A stretch of 14,731 nucleotides of DNA, taken from the NCBI GenBank assembly GCA_031364845.1, contig JANLWX010000076.1, positions 1 through 14,731 on the forward strand, given 5' to 3'. Shown here piece after piece: positions 1 to 8,198 of this stretch (its first letter is position 1; each line of letters opens with the position of its first letter). The stretch comes from Candidatus Eiseniibacteriota bacterium (GTDB taxonomy: Bacteria; Eisenbacteria; RBG-16-71-46). The translations under genes were made by a program, and so were the position numbers. The notes beneath the pieces are model-generated. The model did no database searches. It saw only the letters and a list, made by a program, of their open reading frames with translations, and was not told the DNA's origin.

Positions 1-1
1 C

Positions 2-1099
2 GGGCTCATCGGATTCCATGGGCTCGACGGATTGAAGGAGGTTCAGGGGCTCGACATCCTGGCGCAGATCGGTGTGCTGTTCCTGCTGTTCGAAGTCGGA
101 CTGCATTCGAACGTGCAGCAGATGCTCGCGGTCGGCGCGTCCTCGATGGTGGTCGCCGTGATCGGCGTGGTCGTCCCGATGCTGCTCGGTTACTTCTGCT
201 CGGCGTATTTCTTCCCGGGCCACCATGTGCTCACGCACTGGTTCGTGGGCGCGACGCTGGCCGCAACCAGCGTCGGTATCACGGCGCGTGTGCTCACCGA
301 CTTGAAGCGCACTTCGAGCACCGAGGGCCGCATCATTCTGGGTGCGGCAGTGATCGACGATGTGCTGGGGCTGATCGTGCTCGCGGTGGTGTCGGGCATC
401 ATCGTCGCGTCGAATGCGGGCCGCGCGTTCGAGCCGATGCAGGGCGTGTGGATCCTGGTGAAGGCGGTCGGCTTCCTCGCGGGCTCGATCGTGATCGGCC
501 AGTGGCTGTCGAAGCGTCTGTTCAAGGCGGCCGGGCTGCTCGCCGGCGAAGGCCTGTTGCTCTCGGTGGCGCTGGCGATGTGCTTCGGTCTCGCATTCCT
601 CGCGGGAAAATTCGGCCTCGCGCCGATCGTGGGCGCGTTCGCCGCGGGGTTGATTCTCGATGAGGTCCAGTATCAGGACCTACGGGCTCGCGACCGCAAG
701 CGGCGCGACATTCCCGAATTGCTGGAGCCTTTGTCTTCGTTCCTGGTGCCGGTGTTCTTCGTTTTGATGGGAATGCGCGTCGATCTCTCGGTGTTCGGCA
801 ACACCGCGGTGCTGGGATTCGCCGCCGCCCTCACGGTGGCCGCGGTCGTCGGCAAGCAGGCGTGCGCGCTGGGCGTGTTCGAAAAGGGCGCGGACCGGCT
901 CGCGGTCGGGCTCGGAATGATCCCGCGCGGCGAAGTCGGGTTGATCTTCGCGGGCATCGGGACCACGCTGCACCTCGCGGGTGTGCGGGTGGTGGACGAT
1001 GCCGTGTTCTCGGCCGTGGTGGTGATGGTCGCACTGACGACATTCATGACGCCGCCGCTGCTCGTGTGGCGGATGGGACGCTCGAATCAGGCCGGATGA
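2..1099 (+). CDS. Cation:proton antiporter, CPA2 (NapA/KefB-like Na+/H+ exchanger); 5'-truncated by the window edge
   Basis: Frame is open from base 2. Many TM helices. CPA2 motifs GVLFLLFEVGL, ATSVGITARVL, GAAVIDDVLGL, GAFAAGL, PVFFVLMG, GLGMIPRGEVGLIFA. Confidence 0.93.
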   Translation, partial: GLIGFHGLDGLKEVQGLDILAQIGVLFLLFEVGLHSNVQQMLAVGASSMVVAVIGVVVPMLLGYFCSAYFFPGHHVLTHWFVGATLAATSVGITARVLTDLKRTSSTEGRIILGAAVIDDVLGLIVLAVVSGIIVASNAGRAFEPMQGVWILVKAVGFLAGSIVIGQWLSKRLFKAAGLLAGEGLLLSVALAMCFGLAFLAGKFGLAPIVGAFAAGLILDEVQYQDLRARDRKRRDIPELLEPLSSFLVPVFFVLMGMRVDLSVFGNTAVLGFAAALTVAAVVGKQACALGVFEKGADRLAVGLGMIPRGEVGLIFAGIGTTLHLAGVRVVDDAVFSAVVVMVALTTFMTPPLLVWRMGRSNQAG

Positions 1100-1113
1100 C
1101 GAAGGAGTCGAAC

Positions 1114-1677
1114 ATGAAACGCAAGAGCTACGCCTACTGGACCGCGATCGCGGTGGGAATCGCGACCGCCGTGTCGGTGTCGATGTCGCGGAGCAAGGAA
1201 GCTGCACAGGCCCGCACCGAATCCGCCGCCGCGACGATGCCGATCGTCACGGTCGGAGATCCCTCCACCGCGCGCTGGACCGCGACCACCTACGAAGCTG
1301 CGGCGTCCGAGGCGAACAAGAAGGTGCTGGCGCAGGGCCGCCGGCTGACGGTGACGGGTGAGATCGTCGACGTCTCGTGCTACCTGCAGCTCGGCAAGCG
1401 CGGCGAAGGCCACATCGCGTGCGGGAGTAAGTGCATCGCCGCGGGCGAGCCGATCGGCATCGTCGATGCCGACACCACGCTCTACGTGCTGTTCGCCGAG
1501 GAGCACCATCCGCGCCGCGACGGACAGGTCAGCCTCAAGAAGACGGTCGGCTCCCTGCTCGCGAAGAACGTGACCGTCACCGGCATGATGACCGAGAACC
1601 GCGGCAACCATGCGCTGTTCCTACAGGCAGCCGAAATCGACAGCGTGATGGGGCGCGCACAGAACGGGAAGCAATAG
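1114..1677 (+). CDS. Exported or membrane-anchored hypothetical protein with a C-x10-H-x2-C-x3-C motif
   Basis: AAGGAG RBS at 1102-1107 before ATG 1114. N-terminus MKRKSYAYWTAIAVGIATAVSV is signal/anchor-like. Core VTGEIVDVSCY...HIACGSKC...GEPIGIV...VTVTG. Confidence 0.8.
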   Translation: MKRKSYAYWTAIAVGIATAVSVSMSRSKEAAQARTESAAATMPIVTVGDPSTARWTATTYEAAASEANKKVLAQGRRLTVTGEIVDVSCYLQLGKRGEGHIACGSKCIAAGEPIGIVDADTTLYVLFAEEHHPRRDGQVSLKKTVGSLLAKNVTVTGMMTENRGNHALFLQAAEIDSVMGRAQNGKQ

Positions 1678-1734
1678 CCGCCGCATGAGGCCTGCCGATC
1701 GGGGACGCGGGGCACGGCGGAATGCGGGCGTGAT

Positions 1735-2808
1735 GTGATCGGCAAGCTCGGTCCCGCCGCGTTCGATCGTTGGATTGCGCCGCGTCTCGGCACCGCGCGC
1801 CCCGAGGTGCTGCTCGGCCCGCGGCCGGGCACCGACGCCGCGATCGTGCGCGTGGGCGCGGGGCGCGTGCTCGCCTCGACGGTCGATCCGCTGTCGCTGA
1901 TCCCAGCCCTCGGCCCCGAGCGATCGGCGCGGCTCGCCTGTCATCTGGTGGCGTCTGATCTCTGGACCACAGGGATCGCACCAGCATACGCCGCGGTGTC
2001 GCTCCATCTGCCGCCGGGGCTCGAGGACGCCACGCTCGATCGCTATCTCGGCGCGATGCACGCCGCATGGACCGAGTTGGGAGTTGCGGTCGTGACCGGG
2101 CACACCGGACGCTACGAAGGATGCGATCTCACGATCATCGGATCCGCGACGCTGATGGGCGTGGGCGACGAGAGCCGCTGGGTCGGTGCCCCGTTTGTCG
2201 AGCCCGGCGACCGCGTGATCCTGACCAAGCATGCGGCGTTCGAAGCAACGGCCATCGCTGCACACCTGTTTCCGGGACGGTTCGCTTCCGCGCTCGCCGC
2301 CGAAATGGACGAAGCTGACGCCTTTGCGACGCTCGATCAGGCGAAGGGCATGCTGGATCGCGTGAGCGTGGTCGAGGACTGCCGCGCGGCGCTGCGCGTG
2401 GGTGTGCGCGACCGCGGCGTGAGCGCGTTGCACGACGCCACCGAAGGCGGCGTGCTGGGCGGACTGGTCGAGCTCGCGCGCGCGTGCACGCACGATCTGC
2501 GCATCGAACGGGCGCGCATCTCGGTGCCCGCGCAGGCGCGGATCGCGTGCGGGGCGTTCGGGATCGATCCGTACTGGAGCCTGTCCGAGGGCGCCTTGAT
2601 CGTGTGCGCGCGGCCGGCCCATGCGCGCGCGGTGCTCGAAACGCTGGCCGAAGCCGGAATTGCGGCGGCGGAGCTGGGCGAAGTCGTGCGCGGCAACGGC
2701 GTGGTGTGGCTCACCGAGGCCGACGGCCGCGTGAACACGCTGACCGATGCCGAACCCGATCCCTACTGGGCGGGCTACGCGCGCGCGGTGGGCGAGGGAT
2801 GGAACTGA
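1735..2808 (+). CDS. AIR synthase-related protein (PurM/HypE/ThiL superfamily), function unknown
   Basis: Motifs GPRPGTDAAIV, STVDP, VASDL, VVTGHTG, PGDRVILTK, ALHDATEGGVLGGLVELA, SEGALI. GTG start with a weak RBS. Confidence 0.88.
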   Translation: MIGKLGPAAFDRWIAPRLGTARPEVLLGPRPGTDAAIVRVGAGRVLASTVDPLSLIPALGPERSARLACHLVASDLWTTGIAPAYAAVSLHLPPGLEDATLDRYLGAMHAAWTELGVAVVTGHTGRYEGCDLTIIGSATLMGVGDESRWVGAPFVEPGDRVILTKHAAFEATAIAAHLFPGRFASALAAEMDEADAFATLDQAKGMLDRVSVVEDCRAALRVGVRDRGVSALHDATEGGVLGGLVELARACTHDLRIERARISVPAQARIACGAFGIDPYWSLSEGALIVCARPAHARAVLETLAEAGIAAAELGEVVRGNGVVWLTEADGRVNTLTDAEPDPYWAGYARAVGEGWN

Positions 2809-2809
2809 C

Positions 2810-3784
2810 ATGGCGCTCTCCACGCGAATGACCGTGAGCGAGGCCGGGCGCGAGATCGCGCGGGGGTTGATCGAGCATGCGGCGATGCTCGCGACCGCGA
2901 TCTTCGTCGGGGCGATCGCCGTTGCGCTGTTCTCGGCGCTGCGGTCGCACGAGGATCGCCTGATCGAGCGGCTGCTCGATGCCGAAGGCCGGGTGATCGC
3001 GAGCGAGATGACGCGGGCGCTCGATGCGCGCACGCGCGCGATCGCGGAGTTCGCACGCCGCTGGGAGGGTGTCGCCGACCCGCAGCAGGCGGCGTGGGAA
3101 CTCGATGCCACCGCGCTCGCCGCCGGCGATCCGGTGTACCGCGCATTCGAGTGGCGGGACTCTGACTTCGCGCCGCGGTGGAGCACGCCGCTCACGGCGC
3201 GGCTGCCCGGCGCCGTGCTCGATTCGACGTACGAAAGCGAGCGCGTCCGGGGCATGACAGGTGCGCTTCAGCAGTCCGGGGGCATCGTGTCGCCGAGTTT
3301 CCCCGGGCCGGGCGGGCAGCGCATGCTCGTGTTCGCGGCACCGCTCGTGCGCGACGGCACGCGGCTGGGCACGATCGCTGCGGTCGCGCGCGCCCCGGAT
3401 CTGATCAAGGCGATCGTCGAGCCCGCGACCCGCCGCGGCTATTCGGTCGCTGTGCGTGAAGGTCCGTATCACGTGTTCGGACCGCTCGCTTCGAAGGAAG
3501 GTGCGGACTCCGAAACGTGGCAGCACACCGTCGCCGTGCGCGCGGGGGAACTCGTATGGGCGGTCGATTACTGGCCGGGGGGTGAAGTTCTCGACCGGTT
3601 GAAGTCGTTCGGTCCGCCGCTCGTCCTGCTCATCGGATTGTTCGCGGCACTGATCGCGGCGGTCATGGTGCGCTCGCTTCAACTCGCGCGGCGGGCGGCG
3701 CGGGCGGCGGTGTCGAGCCCGCCGATCGATGCCGGGATTCCCGGCACGATCTCCGATCCGTCCGTGCCACCACGCGAAGTCTAG
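2810..3784 (+). CDS. Two-TM membrane protein with an extracytoplasmic CHASE/Cache-like sensor region and no cytoplasmic output domain
   Basis: ATG at 2810, 1 nt after the upstream stop. TM1 AMLATAIFVGAIAVALFSAL, then about 240 aa including SPSF...LVFAAPLVRDGTRLGTIAAV (Cache/CHASE-like strands), then TM2 PLVLLIGLFAALIAAVMV and a short Pro-rich tail. Confidence 0.7.
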   Translation: MALSTRMTVSEAGREIARGLIEHAAMLATAIFVGAIAVALFSALRSHEDRLIERLLDAEGRVIASEMTRALDARTRAIAEFARRWEGVADPQQAAWELDATALAAGDPVYRAFEWRDSDFAPRWSTPLTARLPGAVLDSTYESERVRGMTGALQQSGGIVSPSFPGPGGQRMLVFAAPLVRDGTRLGTIAAVARAPDLIKAIVEPATRRGYSVAVREGPYHVFGPLASKEGADSETWQHTVAVRAGELVWAVDYWPGGEVLDRLKSFGPPLVLLIGLFAALIAAVMVRSLQLARRAARAAVSSPPIDAGIPGTISDPSVPPREV

Positions 3785-3829
3785 AAAAACGAAGACGGGC
3801 GGCCGCGCTTTCCGCGATCACCCGTTCGT
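3785..3829 (-). terminator. Intrinsic terminator for the small - strand ORF (may also act on the converging + operon)
   Basis: The - strand reads ACGAACGGGTGATCGCG-GAAAG-CGCGGCCGCCCGTCTTCGT-TTTT: a GC-rich stem with G-U pairs followed by a U-run. Confidence 0.65.
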
Positions 3830-3852
3830 ATGGTTCCCGTCATCCGGCCGGC

Positions 3853-3963
3853 TCAACCTGCCTGGACCGCCTGAATCCCGAGCAGCAGCATGACGATGAA
3901 GATCAGAAGCCCGATCAGGGATCGGTCCAGCAACGTGAACACTCGATTCTTGCCCGAATCCAT
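3853..3963 (-). CDS. 36-aa single-helix small membrane protein (MDSGKNRVFTLLDRSLIGLLIFIVMLLLGIQAVQAG)
   Basis: GAGGAG RBS just upstream of the ATG at 3963. Strongly hydrophobic core. Promoter-like element upstream and terminator downstream. Confidence 0.65.
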   Translation of the reverse strand: MDSGKNRVFTLLDRSLIGLLIFIVMLLLGIQAVQAG

Positions 3964-4018
3964 GCGCTCTCCTCGATGTCGTCGCGAGAGGTGTGTGTGC
4001 CTTCTGATGTATTTCGCT

Positions 4019-4034
4019 ATCAAGGTTCGTGCCT
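4019..4034 (-). promoter_or_regulatory. Putative sigma54 (RpoN) -24/-12 promoter facing the small ORF
   Basis: The - strand reads aGGCACG-AACC-TTGAT versus the consensus TGGCACG-N4-TTGC(A/T). Spacing is exact, with 2 mismatches, one at the conserved -12 C. Confidence 0.55.
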
Positions 4035-4219
4035 TGCAACGGGAGAGTTTTAGAACGCATCGCGTCGCGTGACCGCAGGCGTACGGCCTGGCAGGAACTC
4101 CGCGTGGATCGCGGGCGTAACGCGAGCGCGATTCAGAGCAGCGAACACGGACTTGGAGCCGCGCTTCCACGCGCTCGCCCGAGGGCCGTGCGCATTAACA
4201 CCTGGTCGGTGCCGCGAGC

Positions 4220-4262
4220 TTGCAAACCGCACGCGCGGCGCTCAACCTGAGTGACAAGGAGG
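4220..4262 (+). promoter_or_regulatory. Putative sigma70-type promoter and RBS of ppx
   Basis: TTGCAA (4220-4225), 17-nt spacer, CAACCT (4243-4248). AAGGAGG at 4256-4262 precedes ATG 4267. Confidence 0.4.
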
Positions 4263-4266
4263 TCGG

Positions 4267-5925
4267 ATGCGCATTGCGGCGATCGACATCGGCACCAACT
4301 CGATCCACATGGTGATCGCGCGGTCCACGGGACCGGGCGCGTTCGAGGTCGTGGATCGCGAGCGCGAAGTGGTGCAGGTCGGGCGGGGATCCTTCATCTC
4401 CGGGCGTCTGCGCGCCGAGGCGATCCAGCGCACCGTCGAAGCCCTCGCGCGATTCGTGCGGCTCGCGCGCCGCCACCAGGTCGACCGCATCCTGTGCACG
4501 ACGACCGCGGCGGTGCGCGAGGCGCGCAATGGCGGCGACTTCATCGCCGCGGCCCGTGCTGCATCGGGCGTGACCCCGCGCGTAATCCCGGGCGAAGAGG
4601 AAGGCCGGCTCATCTATCTCGGCGTGAAGAGCGCGATCCAGCTCGGCCCGGATCCGGTGCTCATGGTGGATATCGGCGGCGGCAGCGCCCAGCTCGTGGT
4701 CGGAAACGAAGACCGCATGGCGTTCGCGGTGAGCGTGCCTCTCGGCGCGCTGCGCCTGACCGAGCGCCTGATCGAGTCCGATCCGCCGACCCGGCGCGAA
4801 CTCCAGCGACTCGCGCGCGCGGTGAAGAAGGGCCTGCGCGATCCGCTCGAGGCGGTCGCGGAGCACGAGCCGGCGGCGGCGTACGGCTCTTCGGGTTCGA
4901 TTCATGCGCTCGCCCATGTCGCCCACTGGATGGAGCACGGGCAGCCGATCCGCCAGATCAACGGCCACGTGCTGTCGCTCGATGCGCTGCAGCAGCTCAC
5001 GCGGCGGATGCGCAAGATGTCGATCGCCGAGCGCGAGCGCCTGCCGGGCATCGACGCCAAGCGCGCCGAGATCATCGTGCCCGGCGCCGAGGTGCTGTGC
5101 GCCGTGCTGAGCCGGCTCGGGCTCGAAGAGATCACGGTCTCGGATTTCGGCGTGCGTGAGGGTCTGGTCAACGACTGGTTGTCCTCGCACGCGCAGGAAG
5201 TCTCGCGGTTGGACCAGGTCGAGAATCTCAAGCTGCGCAGCGTGCTCCAGCTCGCGAGCAAGTTCGAGCCGAACCTTCCGCACGCGCAACACGTGGCGAA
5301 GCTGGCGCTCGCGCTGTTCGACGGCCTCCGCTCGCGTCACGGTCTCGGCGACGCCGAACGCGAGGCGCTGCACTTCGCCGCATTGCTGCACGACATCGGT
5401 TCCGCGATCGGTTACGACGGGCACTCGGAGCACGCCTACTACATCATCCGCCATGGGAATCTCAGGGGTCTGTCGGCCGACGAGGTCGAGCTGATCGCCA
5501 ACATCGCGCGGTTCCACAGCAAGGCGAAGCCGCGCAAGCGCGACAAGAGCTTCCGCGATCTCGCGAAGTCGAGCCGCAAAGCGGTGCGCTGGCTCGCGGC
5601 GTTGCTGCGCATCGCGGAAGGTCTCGATCGCAGCCACTACCAATTGGTCCGCAGCGTGCGCGTGATGCGCGGCCGCAACGCCGTGACCATGAGAGTTTCG
5701 GCGCGCGGGGACGCGCAGCTCGAACTGTGGGCGGCGCGGCGGAGATCGGATCTGCTGGCGGAGTTGATCGACGCGCCGGTGCGGATCGCGCTCGAGCGCG
5801 TGGCGGAGAAGAGTGCGAACGGGGCTGCCGCCGGATCGGGAACGAAGCGCCGGGTGACGCGCGCGACCGTGCGCCGCGCGGCGCGGCGGGTGAAGCCGGT
5901 CTCCCGCGCGAAAGCTACGCGATGA
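4267..5925 (+). CDS. ppx: Exopolyphosphatase / guanosine pentaphosphate phosphohydrolase (Ppx/GppA) with C-terminal HD domain
   Basis: AAIDIGTNSIHMVI, TAAVREARNG, GEEEGRLIYLG, DIGGGSAQL, GVREGL; HD region HAQHV...AALLHDIG...H.EH...IARFH...LRIAEGLDRSH. Strong RBS. Confidence 0.96.
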   Translation: MRIAAIDIGTNSIHMVIARSTGPGAFEVVDREREVVQVGRGSFISGRLRAEAIQRTVEALARFVRLARRHQVDRILCTTTAAVREARNGGDFIAAARAASGVTPRVIPGEEEGRLIYLGVKSAIQLGPDPVLMVDIGGGSAQLVVGNEDRMAFAVSVPLGALRLTERLIESDPPTRRELQRLARAVKKGLRDPLEAVAEHEPAAAYGSSGSIHALAHVAHWMEHGQPIRQINGHVLSLDALQQLTRRMRKMSIAERERLPGIDAKRAEIIVPGAEVLCAVLSRLGLEEITVSDFGVREGLVNDWLSSHAQEVSRLDQVENLKLRSVLQLASKFEPNLPHAQHVAKLALALFDGLRSRHGLGDAEREALHFAALLHDIGSAIGYDGHSEHAYYIIRHGNLRGLSADEVELIANIARFHSKAKPRKRDKSFRDLAKSSRKAVRWLAALLRIAEGLDRSHYQLVRSVRVMRGRNAVTMRVSARGDAQLELWAARRRSDLLAELIDAPVRIALERVAEKSANGAAAGSGTKRRVTRATVRRAARRVKPVSRAKATR

Positions 5926-7280
5926 GACTGAACCGCGCGGGCGTCGGTGCCGCGCTGCTGCTGGCGGCGGCGTCCCTGTTCGCATCGGCGGTTGCGGCAC
6001 CCATCATGATCAAAGGTCCCGGTTCCGCGGCGACCGCGGCGAAATTGTCGAAGGCAATGTTCGCCGGCGACTACCCGGTGCAGCTGGCCGAGACGATTCC
6101 CGAGGAAACCACCGTCGGTCATGGCGGCATGCCGCGCGCGCGCGAAATGTGGATCGAGATGATCGACGGTGCGCGCGACAGCATCGACCTCGAAGGATTC
6201 TATCTCTCGACGTGGCCGGGCGAGCCGCTCGAAGGTGTGATCGATGCACTCGGCCGGGCGGCGAAGCGCGGCGTGCGCGTGCGGCTGCTGCTCGACAAGG
6301 GCATGGGCGGCACGTATTCGCAACCCGCCGATTCGCTGGCGAAGCTTCCGGGATTCGAGCGGCGCTGGATCGACATCAAGCGCATCGCGGGTGGCATCCA
6401 GCACGCGAAGTATTTTATCGTCGACGGCGATCAGATGTTCGTTGGCAGTCAGAACTTCGACTGGCGCGCACTGCGGCACATCCATGAACTCGGCGTGCGG
6501 GTGCGCGATCGCCGCGTCGCTCAGGCGTTCGGCGACGTGTTCGCATGGGACTGGCAGGCCGCGGACACCACGACCTGGAGTGCGCCGGGCGTAGGTGCGA
6601 CGTCTGCGCGCAAGGCTCCGCGTGCGCCGGTGCAACGTCATATCGAAGTGCCGATCGTGATCGTCCAGTCTCCCGGCGACACGGTGTTCGTGTGGCCGGG
6701 CTACACGCCGCGCGGATGGATTCCGGATTCCACGCGCTGGGACCTCGATGCGATCGTCACGCTCATCGATCATGCGCGCCACGAGATGGTGCTGCAGCTG
6801 TTGACCTATTCGCCCGAGGAGTACGGCGAGACCGACTCGACGCTCGATGTCGCACTGCGCCGCGCGGCGGGGCGCGGGGTGCGCGTGAAGCTCGCGATTT
6901 CGGATTGGATCGTGAACGGGCGCGGCCTCGCCTGGCTCCGGCGTCTCTCGCAGGTGCCGAACGTCGAGGTGAAGATCGTGTCGTATCCCGAATGGAGCGG
7001 CGGCTACATCCCGTTCGCGCGCGTCGATCACTGCAAGTACGCGGTCGTCGACACCGCGACGATGTGGATCGGAACTTCGAATTGGAGTCCCGGATACTTC
7101 ACCGGATCGCGCAATCTCGGACTCACGCTCGGCAACCGTCCGATCGCCTCGCAGGCGCGGCGTGTGTTCGAGTCGGTATGGGCTTCGGCCTACGCCGAGC
7201 CGGTGCGGATCGGCTTCACGTACCCCGAGAAGATCCGCGGGATGACGCCGCCACCCGGGAAGAAGGTTTACGGGAACTGA
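5922..7280 (+). CDS. Secreted phospholipase D-superfamily protein with two HKD motifs (PLD3/vaccinia K4-like)
   Basis: ATGA overlap with the ppx stop. Signal peptide MRLNRAGVGAALLLAAASLFASAVAA. HKD1 HAKYFIVD...GSQNFDWRAL..IHELG; HKD2 HCKYAVVD...IGTSNWSPGYF. Confidence 0.9.
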   Translation: MRLNRAGVGAALLLAAASLFASAVAAPIMIKGPGSAATAAKLSKAMFAGDYPVQLAETIPEETTVGHGGMPRAREMWIEMIDGARDSIDLEGFYLSTWPGEPLEGVIDALGRAAKRGVRVRLLLDKGMGGTYSQPADSLAKLPGFERRWIDIKRIAGGIQHAKYFIVDGDQMFVGSQNFDWRALRHIHELGVRVRDRRVAQAFGDVFAWDWQAADTTTWSAPGVGATSARKAPRAPVQRHIEVPIVIVQSPGDTVFVWPGYTPRGWIPDSTRWDLDAIVTLIDHARHEMVLQLLTYSPEEYGETDSTLDVALRRAAGRGVRVKLAISDWIVNGRGLAWLRRLSQVPNVEVKIVSYPEWSGGYIPFARVDHCKYAVVDTATMWIGTSNWSPGYFTGSRNLGLTLGNRPIASQARRVFESVWASAYAEPVRIGFTYPEKIRGMTPPPGKKVYGN

Positions 7281-8190
7281 GGGCGGCGGACCCGAGGAAG
7301 CGTTCGATGTGAGCGTTTGCTTCGGCATGCAGCTCTGAAAGGACCGCGGCGAGCGCGGCGTGGCGCGCCTTCGACCGCGCGGCGAAGCGCGCGATTGCCT
7401 CGGCGAACGTGATCGCGTCATGGGCGTGACCGAGCGCACTCTGGAGTTCGCGTAGCCGTTCGATCGGCGCTTTCGTGGCACCGTGCGCCTGCCCCTCGCG
7501 TTCCGCCACATAGCGCCACTTCTTGATCGCGATGCGCGCGCGGTGGAAAGCTTCGTCGTCGGCGGAGAGATTCGGCGCACGTGCCGCGCGGAATGCATCG
7601 AGGGCGCCCACCTGCGCACCGGACAAACGTTCCGCGACGCGCGCGCGCCGGCGCGGACTCGCCCATCGCGGACCAATGACTTCGAATGTGCGGGCGATGT
7701 CCCGGAGCACGTCTTTCACGCGGCGCGCCGAGATCGTTGGGAGCGCTTCCGTCCGGGCGTGCGCATGACGCCGGCGGAGAGCACGCACCAGTCCCGCGAG
7801 CGTCTTGTCCACTGCGGGCGCTGCGCCAATCGAAGTTCCGATTCGCGCGCGTGCCTGTCCCGCGTGCACTTCGAGCTCGCGAACCGGACCGAACGCGCGG
7901 CGGATCTTGCGCAAGGCGTGCAGGGCGGCGCGACGATGCGGCTTCTTTAGCACGGGACGCCACAGGCTGAGGGACGCGATCAGCCGCCGGGTCGCGACGC
8001 GCAGATCGTGCACGGCCTCGGCATCGGCGACCCATGCACCATCGGCGCGGCCCGCGGGTTGGCGGCGCACGCGCGCGGCCGCGTGTTCGAAGGCGCCGGC
8101 GAGTTCCCGCGCATCGTCGGCCGCTCGCGCGGCGATCGCGTCGTCGCCGGAGCGGCCCAGGTCGTGCGAAGCGCGGGATGCGGGAGTCAT
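7216..8190 (-). CDS. CHAD domain protein (polyphosphate-binding)
   Basis: EAVHDLRVATRRL, FGPVRELEV, FHRARIAIKKWRY, LQSALGHAHD; very Arg-rich. ATG 8190 lies 8 nt after the TMK-like B stop. The 3' end overlaps the PLD gene by 65 nt. Confidence 0.9.
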   Translation of the reverse strand: MTPASRASHDLGRSGDDAIAARAADDARELAGAFEHAAARVRRQPAGRADGAWVADAEAVHDLRVATRRLIASLSLWRPVLKKPHRRAALHALRKIRRAFGPVRELEVHAGQARARIGTSIGAAPAVDKTLAGLVRALRRRHAHARTEALPTISARRVKDVLRDIARTFEVIGPRWASPRRRARVAERLSGAQVGALDAFRAARAPNLSADDEAFHRARIAIKKWRYVAEREGQAHGATKAPIERLRELQSALGHAHDAITFAEAIARFAARSKARHAALAAVLSELHAEANAHIERFLGSAALSSRKPSSRVAASSRGSSRGT

Positions 8191-8198
8191 GGTTCGAA

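Noticed and set aside
4089..4103. TGGCAGGAACTCCGC, a possible + strand sigma54 site for ppx
   Set aside because: GG-N10-GC spacing fits, but the TT before GC is missing. A chance match is likely in GC-rich DNA, and a closer sigma70-like promoter exists.
3964..4266. Search for a Pho box upstream of ppx (and of sixA)
   Set aside because: No CTGTCAT-like 11-bp-spaced direct repeats were found by eye.
1621..7676. Long antisense ORFs (1621-3255, 2711-3682, 4195-6000, 5637-7676)
   Set aside because: They are shadows of well-supported + strand genes in high-GC DNA, Arg/Ala-rich and without recognisable motifs.
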